This document shows positions 1-7,992 of a stretch of DNA of 64,000 bases, piece by piece. Location: positions 83,881 to 147,880 of the forward strand of contig OY969116.1 of NCBI GenBank assembly GCA_963698075.1. The letters are read 5' to 3'. The notes beneath the pieces were generated by a model. That model was not told the origin of the DNA, ran no database searches, and worked only from the letters and a program-made list of their open reading frames with translations. The DNA comes from an uncultured Candidatus Berkelbacteria bacterium (lineage in GTDB: Bacteria; Patescibacteriota; UBA1384; UBA12157; JAENIV01). Positions within the stretch are counted from its first letter, which is position 1; each line of letters starts with the position of its first letter. The position numbers and the translations under genes were made by a program.

Positions 1-327
1 AGTTACAGCCGATTTTTTAATGTAAGACATAAAAGAAAAGGACCGTTATGGGAGGGAAGATTTAATAGTAAGTTAATTGAGAATGATGAACAGCTTCTAC
101 ATCTAACGCGATACATTCATCTAAATCCTACAACGGCTAACCTAGTGAGAAACCCAGAAGATTGGAAATACTCATCCTATTCGGAATATATCTCTTCTGC
201 TAAGATTGAAATTTGCCAGTATGAAGATCTTATGGAAATTATCCCCAAAACATATAGAAAATTTGTTAATGATCGAAAAGACTACCAAAGAGAATTAGCC
301 AAAATCAAAGCTCTAATGATAGATTGA
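1..327 (+). CDS. REP-associated / IS200-like tyrosine (Y1) transposase, C-terminal fragment (5' end lies outside window)
   Basis: Frame 1 from nt 1 gives SYSRFFNVRHKRKGPLWEGRFNSKLIENDEQLLHLTRYIHLNPTTANLVRNPEDWKYSSY...; this matches the COG1943/RayT-type C-terminus (GxLWxxRF, HxxYIHxNP, DWxYSS) as recalled. Confidence 0.6.
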   Translation, partial: SYSRFFNVRHKRKGPLWEGRFNSKLIENDEQLLHLTRYIHLNPTTANLVRNPEDWKYSSYSEYISSAKIEICQYEDLMEIIPKTYRKFVNDRKDYQRELAKIKALMID

Positions 328-339
328 ACCTGCTAATTT

Positions 340-362
340 ACACTTCGTAAGTGTAAATTATT
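340..362 (+). terminator. hairpin TACACTT-CGT-AAGTGTA followed by a T-rich run, after the transposase stop
   Basis: inverted repeat read directly in the sequence. Confidence 0.3.
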
Positions 363-463
363 TGCGGTTTACAGATTTCACTCTAATCTTATAGAAACGT
401 CATATAGAAACGCGCCCCGATTGAGGCGCGTTAGGTCGAACGCGGTGAGGGAAGACGTAGGCC

Positions 464-637
464 TTAGTGTCGGCTGGCGAGGTTGATAATCAGGAGAACA
501 ATCACCAAAAGCGGACCAGCAGGGAGCATCAGGCGGACCGCTCTGTATTTCTTGCCCCCCGATAAATAAACACCCAATACCACGATGGAGGCGACCGCAC
601 CTGCTATTATCAGCCAATCCAACAATACAGAAGTCAT
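464..637 (-). CDS. small two-helix membrane protein (57 aa), below the ORF-track length cutoff
   Basis: ATG at 637 is preceded by AGGAGGA (643-649, 5-nt spacing). Product MTSVLLDWLIIAGAVASIVVLGVYLSGGKKYRAVRLMLPAGPLLVIVLLIINLASRH. Followed on the minus strand by hairpin AACGCGCC-N8-GGCGCGTT (398-421). Confidence 0.3.
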   Translation of the reverse strand: MTSVLLDWLIIAGAVASIVVLGVYLSGGKKYRAVRLMLPAGPLLVIVLLIINLASRH

Positions 638-881
638 TGGTGTCCTCCTTCTGGACAGGCCTGGGATTCAGCCGAATTAATCATAATAAATTTGACAAAA
701 TAAATCAATAATTTTATAATTATTATGCCGAAGAAAATAGGCCCCTCGACTACGCTCGGGGTGAACTAATAAGTCCTATCGAGGCAAAAAAGTAAATTGT
801 AAAAGTATTTAGTTATCTGTTATCAGTATAAAAATACCGATAACCAATAACTGATAACTATGTACCAATTACTATAATTTG

Positions 882-906
882 TCTCGCGGCAAGCGAGATT
901 TTTTAA
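882..906 (+). promoter_or_regulatory. rplJ leader hairpin TCTCGC-GGCAA-GCGAGA plus T6, ending 5 nt before the rplJ start (attenuator/L10-leader-like)
   Basis: hairpin and U-tract read in the sequence; placement matches the autoregulatory L10 leaders of Gram-positive bacteria (established knowledge). Confidence 0.3.
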
Positions 907-910
907 AACC

Positions 911-1432
911 ATGAAACTTACCCGAGAACAAAAAGAACAATTAGTCAAAAAAGTAAGCGACCAGTTGGAAACTTCCAAAGCTGTTTTGTTAGTTAATTTT
1001 ACCGGCTTAAAAGTCAACGAAGAGCGCGAGTTGAAGAAAAAATTACGCCAGCAGGGGATAGTTTTTGAGGTGATAAAAAATTCTTTGTTTAAAATCGCCT
1101 TGAAAAAAGCCAAGATATCATTGGATAATGCTTTACTTGATCAGCCGATTGCCCTGATTTGGTCGGCTGACGACGAAGTGATGCCAGCAAAAATCACGGT
1201 TGGGTTTGCCAAAGAAATTGAAAAATTACAATTAGTTGGCGGCATTATTGACCAAAAGTTTGTTGATACTGATTTAATCAAACAATTGGCGGCACTTCCG
1301 GGCCGGGAAGAACTTTACGCCAAATTGGTTGGTACTTTGAACGCGCCAATGTCTCGTTTAGTTAACGCCTTAAAGGGTAATTTGATAAGTTTAGTTTATA
1401 TACTTAATCAATATAAAGAATCAAGAATATAA
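911..1432 (+). CDS. rplJ: 50S ribosomal protein L10
   Basis: [20 protein letters not shown]... typical L10 N-terminus; 173 aa; immediately upstream of the L7/L12 gene. Confidence 0.9.
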   Translation: MKLTREQKEQLVKKVSDQLETSKAVLLVNFTGLKVNEERELKKKLRQQGIVFEVIKNSLFKIALKKAKISLDNALLDQPIALIWSADDEVMPAKITVGFAKEIEKLQLVGGIIDQKFVDTDLIKQLAALPGREELYAKLVGTLNAPMSRLVNALKGNLISLVYILNQYKESRI

Positions 1433-1544
1433 GATTATCCTCCTACATGCTTACTGTCCAACCTACTACGTAGCGTACGGACAGTGCGCACTTCGGAGGA
1501 CTTCCTGGCAACGCTTCGCGTTGGCAGGAGCGGAAAGGAACAAA

Positions 1545-2204
1545 ATGGCAGACATTAAAAAAGAAGAAAAACAGGCAGAAAAAGAAGCGGAGGCAGAGGG
1601 GAAAATGGCAAAAGAGGCCTCCAAAGAAGAAGTGGCCGCCAGCCCGGATGAAACGACTCAGCCTGAAGCGGTGGTCGAAGAAGCCGCTGGTGTCGAAGAA
1701 GAAACCCCGGCCGAAGTTGAAGCAATTAATGTTGACAACGAGACGGCCAAAGAAGCGACTGAAGCTAAGATTGAAAAACCACAAGAAAAACCTAAGAAAG
1801 AAAAAAAGCCTGAACCTACTGGTAGGTTTAAGGATTTAATCAAGGAAATCGAGGGTTTAACCACGGTTGAATTAGCCGAGTTAGTTAAAGCTCTTGAGGA
1901 ACGTTTTGGAGTGTCAGCGGCTGCCCCCATGGCCATGGCTGGTGCGCCAGCGGCAGCCGGTGCCCCCGGCGCTGAAGCAGCTGAAGAAAAGGCAACTTAT
2001 ACAGTGGTTTTGGCTGATTCCGGCGCGCAAAAGATTGCCGTCATCAAGGCCCTTCGCGAGATTAACCAAGAGTTAGGTCTTAAGGAAGCCAAAGATATCG
2101 CCGATGCGCCGCCAAAAGAAATCCTCAAAGACGCTCCCAAAGAAAAAGCTGAAGACGCCAAGAAAAAGTTAGAAGCCGCTGGGGCAAAGGTTGAACTGAA
2201 GTAA
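1545..2204 (+). CDS. rplL: 50S ribosomal protein L7/L12 with an unusual ~95-aa E/K/A-rich N-terminal extension
   Basis: The C-terminal 120 aa ([33 protein letters not shown]...[12 protein letters not shown]) are canonical L7/L12. ATG 1545 is preceded by GGAAAGGA; the ORF track starts at TTG 1521. Confidence 0.85.
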   Translation: MADIKKEEKQAEKEAEAEGKMAKEASKEEVAASPDETTQPEAVVEEAAGVEEETPAEVEAINVDNETAKEATEAKIEKPQEKPKKEKKPEPTGRFKDLIKEIEGLTTVELAELVKALEERFGVSAAAPMAMAGAPAAAGAPGAEAAEEKATYTVVLADSGAQKIAVIKALREINQELGLKEAKDIADAPPKEILKDAPKEKAEDAKKKLEAAGAKVELK

Positions 2205-2253
2205 CAAAGATGATATAATAATTAGTAACTATCAGCCCAGATAAACGAGCAAA

Positions 2254-2277
2254 AACCCGCTAACTGCGGGTTTTTGC
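2254..2277 (+). terminator. rho-independent terminator AACCCGC-TAACT-GCGGGTT-TTTT after rplL
   Basis: GC stem plus T-tract. Confidence 0.8.
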
Positions 2278-2293
2278 GTTAATTAATAAAGAT

Positions 2294-2322
2294 TTGACAA
2301 AACGTTTAGAAGAGTGTATAAT
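2294..2322 (+). promoter_or_regulatory. consensus sigma70 promoter TTGACA-17-TATAAT
   Basis: -35 hexamer 2294-2299, 17-nt spacer, -10 hexamer 2317-2322. Confidence 0.6.
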
Positions 2323-2328
2323 GTGCTC

Positions 2329-3824
<1,496 letters not shown>

Positions 3825-3892
3825 ATATTGCACTCTCTAAATAAAATGATATGATGTTGGAGGTGTGATCTCGAGTTGCCAGGAGGCAAGAG

Positions 3893-4174
3893 TTGGATGA
3901 TTCTAGCCCTAAAGTAACGATCGGCGCCTACTTTAGCGGTCTAATGGCCATCGTGTGTTTGGTCATCAGCGTCTTGTCGCTAGTGTCAGTGATTTGGGTC
4001 ATCATCTACGGATCCTCCAAACAGATGATTGAGATTCTACCACCAATCCCATGGTTTGGGTGGCTAGCGTTGATGATTTTCGCTTACTGGGTTGGTCTGA
4101 AGTTTGACAGGTTGTCTGACGCACTTTGGCTAAAGCTTCCCGAGCAAGGTGCCGAAGACACATGCCGAGGATGA
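3893..4174 (+). CDS. small membrane protein (93 aa); the TTG start is uncertain
   Basis: two or three hydrophobic helices; its stop overlaps the next start as ATGA (4171-4174). Confidence 0.4.
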   Translation: MDDSSPKVTIGAYFSGLMAIVCLVISVLSLVSVIWVIIYGSSKQMIEILPPIPWFGWLALMIFAYWVGLKFDRLSDALWLKLPEQGAEDTCRG

Positions 4175-4407
4175 TTGGTGGCGTTATCTTCATCATTCTA
4201 CTTATCGTATTCTCATTCTTGGCCCTAGCTATCTGTATCGGACCTGATGAAGCTCCGCCGTGGCTTTACCTGGACTTAAGTTGGCCTTGGGTCTGGGTCA
4301 TTGATATCACGCTGTTCGTCGTTCTGAGCATCCTTGGGCCCCATCTCATCTGGCCAGGCCATTCCAAAGAGCCACCTACGGCAAATCAACAACAGAAGAA
4401 CACTTGA
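4171..4407 (+). CDS. small membrane protein (78 aa), translationally coupled to the upstream ORF
   Basis: MIGGVIFIILLIVFSFLALAICIG...; ATGA overlap; the track ORF 4126-4407 has an earlier in-frame start. Confidence 0.4.
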   Translation: MIGGVIFIILLIVFSFLALAICIGPDEAPPWLYLDLSWPWVWVIDITLFVVLSILGPHLIWPGHSKEPPTANQQQKNT

Positions 4408-4409
4408 TC

Positions 4410-4440
4410 AGGCCGCACCATATTTGGGCGGCCTTTCGTA
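4410..4440 (+). terminator. hairpin AGGCCGC-N11-GCGGCCT plus TTTCGT
   Basis: read in the sequence. Confidence 0.5.
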
Positions 4441-4453
4441 TAATTCTTTGCGA

Positions 4454-4482
4454 TTTACATATTATATTGAAAGTAGTATAAT
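4454..4482 (+). promoter_or_regulatory. sigma70 promoter TTTACA-17-TATAAT driving the 4512-10812 cluster
   Basis: hexamers and spacing read in the sequence. Confidence 0.5.
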
Positions 4483-4511
4483 GAATCTAAAGAATAGTTT
4501 TAGGAGGGATT

Positions 4512-4826
4512 GTGAACAGTCCTGATAAATTTGGTATAGGCAAGGGTCCAGAAGCACCGGCACCGCCACCAGTGGAAGGTCAGCCGGCGCCGGAGGTTCC
4601 GACGACCGAACAGCCGTCACCACCGTCAGCCGAAAGGGAAAAGATTAAAGGAAAACCTGGGGAAGAATTGGTCATTGCCGAACCGCCGCAGGTAGGGGAG
4701 ATTGCCCAAGAAAAACCAATTGAAACGCCAGCGCCGGCAAGACCAATAAACATCGGCGAACATGATTTAACAGGGGATATTGATATCGCCAGGGCAGACG
4801 AACTTCAAGAAGAAATAAATACTTAA
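4512..4826 (+). CDS. Pro/Glu-rich acidic hypothetical protein (104 aa)
   Basis: GTG start with AGGAGG 5 nt upstream; low-complexity PAPE repeats. Confidence 0.5.
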   Translation: MNSPDKFGIGKGPEAPAPPPVEGQPAPEVPTTEQPSPPSAEREKIKGKPGEELVIAEPPQVGEIAQEKPIETPAPARPINIGEHDLTGDIDIARADELQEEINT

Positions 4827-4848
4827 GGCAAAAATACAAGGAGGATTT

Positions 4849-7347
4849 TTGGAAGTAGGGAGTGATCTCTTTAATATCTTAATTACAGGCGGGTTTTTAG
4901 TTTTTGTCTTTATTTTGTCCTACCTTATTTATTCCGTTTACAAAGCTAATAAAATTAAGCATGAGCTCAAACGGGTTAAAAACTTAAGCATCTTTCAGAT
5001 TAGCATTCCGAGGACACCTCAAACGCCTAAGCAAAACGAACCGCCCAAAGATTTTCGGGAAACTATTGGCGTGGCCGATCAATTTTTTGCCTCCCTTGGT
5101 CATCTTTATGAAGGCAGTTTTGAGAAAAAATTATATGGTCTCCAAAGCCAAATTACCTTAGAAATCATTTCGTTAGACAATAAGCTGGAATTTTTCTCGA
5201 TCGTGCCCAAAGAGATTGAAAGCATCATCGAAAAACAGATTAATTCTTTCTATCCAACGGCCCAAATCCAAAAAACCGCCATTCCCAATATTTTTAAATC
5301 TCGTCAGGGGGCGATGCTCGCTACCAATTTTCGTTTGAATAAAAAATTTATCCTACCGATTCGGACATATAAATATCTTGAGGCTGATCCTTTAAATTCT
5401 CTGACCAATGCCTTATCAAAACTGGGGGCTGGTTCAGGGGCGGCCATCCAACTTATCGTTAAACCGACTACTGATGATTGGCGCAAAGCCGCCGGCATTG
5501 CCGCCCATAAGATTCAGCAAGGAAAATCCTTTGTCTCTGAGCGCTGGTATATGAAGATATTTCATTTTCTCTTTGAAATCCTCGGCGGCGTTTTTCATGG
5601 TTCAAAATCGACTACCACTCCTAAAACTTTAGGACCTGATTTCAAACAACCGGTGCAACTAACACCGATGCAGGAACAGACGCTTAAAGCCCTCAATGAA
5701 AAGGCCTCAAAAACTGGTCTTGGCACCAACATCAGGATTGTCGTGACCGCGCCCAACCACCAAGAGGCAATAGTTAATCTTAAAAACATCACCACTGCCT
5801 TTGGTCAATTTTCTACCCCTGAACTTAATGGTTTTAAGGCAAAAATCTCTGGCAACGAGGTAGTCCGTGATTACATTTTACGACGCTTTACGGGAAAGGG
5901 GATGATTCTTAATTCCGAAGAGTTGGCCTCAATTTGGCATCTGCCCACCCAATATGTTGAAAGTCCTAATATTGCCTGGGCCCAAGCCAAGGAAATGCCG
6001 CCGCCAACGAATTTGCCAGCCGAAGGAGTAATCTTGGGTGAAAGCGTTTATCGGGGTGAGAAAAAGCCGGTGAGGATCAAGGGTGATGACCGCCGTCGGC
6101 ATATCTTTATGATTGGTAAAACTGGCGTTGGTAAAACAACCTTGTTTTCCAACATGATTGAACAGGACATGAAAGCCGGCAATGGCTGTTGTTTTGTTGA
6201 TCCCTTGGGTGACGCCATCGAGGACCTTTTGGGCAAAGTCCCTCAGGAAAGAATCAACGATGTGATCCTTTTCGACCCCTCGGATACTGAAAACCCTGTC
6301 GGTTTAAATCTTTTAGAGTGGCAGACAGCTGACCAACGAGACTTTCTCATTCAAGAAGCAATCCAGATTTTCTATAAACTTTTTGACCCCACCCAGATGG
6401 GAATAGTTGGTCCTCAATGGGAACACTGGTTTCGTAACGCGGCCTTGACGATTATGAATCAACCAGGCGGGGGTACATTAATTGATGTTCCTAGAATCTT
6501 CACTGACGATGCTTTTCGCACTCGATTAATTTCCTCTGTTAGTGATCCAATTGTCAAGGCATTTTGGACGCAACAACTGGCGAAAACCGCTGATTTTCAT
6601 AAGTCTGAAATGTATAATTATTTTATTTCTAAGTTTGGCCGATTTATGACGAACGACCTGATGCGTAATATTATTGGACAGAAGAAATCATCTTTTAATT
6701 TAAGACAAGTAATGGATGAAGGTAAAATTCTTTTTATCAACTTAAGTAAAGGCAAAATTGGCGAAGTCAATTCCAATCTTTTAGGCATGATTTTGGTTTC
6801 TAAAATTCAAATGGCGGCTTTTTCGCGGGCTGACATGCCAGAGGACCAGCGCCGCGACTTTTATTTATATGTCGATGAGTTTCAAAACTTTACCACCGAT
6901 TCTTTTGCCAGCATTCTTTCTGAGGCAAGAAAATATCGCCTCAATTTGGCGATTACCAATCAATACATTGCTCAATTGACGGAAAAGATCCGCGATGCCG
7001 TTATTGGTAACGCGGGAACCATGATTTGTTACCGCATTGGCGCCGCTGATGCCGAGTTTATGGTTAAAGAATTTCCCGGGGTAACTATCGATGATTTAGC
7101 CAATTTGGATAAATTCAATACTTATACCAAACTTTTAATCGATGGGACGCCGACCAAACCCTTTAGTATGCGTGGCTTAAAATCAGCGCAGGCCAGTTCG
7201 TCTCAGATTAGAGAGCAGGCAAGGTCCTTTTCGCAAAAGACTCACGCTCGTCCAAAGAATCAAGTTGAAGCAGAACTGGCCCAACAACTTCAATCGATGG
7301 GTGAGCCGCCTAGCCCTGGAGCAAACGAGCCGATAAGGAATTTGTGA
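4849..7347 (+). CDS. membrane-anchored VirB4/TraC-like (AAA_10 / FtsK-HerA-superfamily) P-loop ATPase, 832 aa
   Basis: N-terminal TM. Walker A HIFMIGKTGVGKTT at about aa 425. Walker B YLYVDEFQNF. Arginine-finger-like SEARKYRLNLAITNQY. TTG start preceded by AAGGAGGA. Confidence 0.65.
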   Translation: MEVGSDLFNILITGGFLVFVFILSYLIYSVYKANKIKHELKRVKNLSIFQISIPRTPQTPKQNEPPKDFRETIGVADQFFASLGHLYEGSFEKKLYGLQSQITLEIISLDNKLEFFSIVPKEIESIIEKQINSFYPTAQIQKTAIPNIFKSRQGAMLATNFRLNKKFILPIRTYKYLEADPLNSLTNALSKLGAGSGAAIQLIVKPTTDDWRKAAGIAAHKIQQGKSFVSERWYMKIFHFLFEILGGVFHGSKSTTTPKTLGPDFKQPVQLTPMQEQTLKALNEKASKTGLGTNIRIVVTAPNHQEAIVNLKNITTAFGQFSTPELNGFKAKISGNEVVRDYILRRFTGKGMILNSEELASIWHLPTQYVESPNIAWAQAKEMPPPTNLPAEGVILGESVYRGEKKPVRIKGDDRRRHIFMIGKTGVGKTTLFSNMIEQDMKAGNGCCFVDPLGDAIEDLLGKVPQERINDVILFDPSDTENPVGLNLLEWQTADQRDFLIQEAIQIFYKLFDPTQMGIVGPQWEHWFRNAALTIMNQPGGGTLIDVPRIFTDDAFRTRLISSVSDPIVKAFWTQQLAKTADFHKSEMYNYFISKFGRFMTNDLMRNIIGQKKSSFNLRQVMDEGKILFINLSKGKIGEVNSNLLGMILVSKIQMAAFSRADMPEDQRRDFYLYVDEFQNFTTDSFASILSEARKYRLNLAITNQYIAQLTEKIRDAVIGNAGTMICYRIGAADAEFMVKEFPGVTIDDLANLDKFNTYTKLLIDGTPTKPFSMRGLKSAQASSSQIREQARSFSQKTHARPKNQVEAELAQQLQSMGEPPSPGANEPIRNL

Positions 7348-7416
7348 ATTGAAATATTTGCCTTTTTGTGATAAAATTATATCTCGGGATTGGCAAAAAC
7401 AAACAAAGGAAACAAA

Positions 7417-7968
7417 ATGCAACCATCGGATAAGAAGCTCAAAGAACTAAAAAATCTTCTTGATGAGGCCGAGTCTAAAGTTGCCGCCGCCAAAAGAATT
7501 CTTTTTGAACAAGTTTATCAAGAACAAGCTCTTAATTTAGAAGAGACTGGTAACAGTCAGAAAGGACCTAATACCATTGTTGAGGGAGTTTTTGATGGCG
7601 AGGAGATGATAGATTCGGGTGGTAAAAAATATCCCGTTCCTGCTAATTACGCCTCTAAATCAAAACTTATTCCTGGCGATAAGCTCAAGCTGACAATTGC
7701 CCCTGACGGCACCTTTATCTTCAAGCAAATTGGGCCGGTAGAAAGAAAAAGAATCGTCGGTAAACTCACGGAAAACAATGGCAATTATAAAGTCGTTGTC
7801 TCTGGCAAGAAATATAATTGTCTCAAAGCATCCGTCACCTACTTCCACGGCAGTCCGGGCGACGAGATAACCTGTATAGTCCCCAAAATAGGGGAGAGCG
7901 ACTGGGCGGCGATTGAAAATTGTCTAGGGAAAAAAACGCCGGCGAGCGGCAAAAAAAGATGCGATTGA
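7417..7968 (+). CDS. hypothetical protein (183 aa), coiled-coil N-terminus, Cys-containing C-terminus
   Basis: ATG 7417 preceded by AAAGGAAAC; the track starts at TTG 7390. Confidence 0.5.
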   Translation: MQPSDKKLKELKNLLDEAESKVAAAKRILFEQVYQEQALNLEETGNSQKGPNTIVEGVFDGEEMIDSGGKKYPVPANYASKSKLIPGDKLKLTIAPDGTFIFKQIGPVERKRIVGKLTENNGNYKVVVSGKKYNCLKASVTYFHGSPGDEITCIVPKIGESDWAAIENCLGKKTPASGKKRCD

Positions 7969-7992
7969 TGCGATTAATACGGTAAAAAAACG

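Noticed and set aside
823-1113. 96-aa ORF on the minus strand
   Set aside because: It is antisense to, and largely overlapping, the well-supported rplJ gene. It has no RBS.
1443-1936. ORFs 1443-1784 (-), 1648-1839 (+) and 1658-1936 (-)
   Set aside because: They are alternative-frame or antisense readings of the low-complexity K/E/A-rich rplL extension. Their composition is biased, not protein-like.
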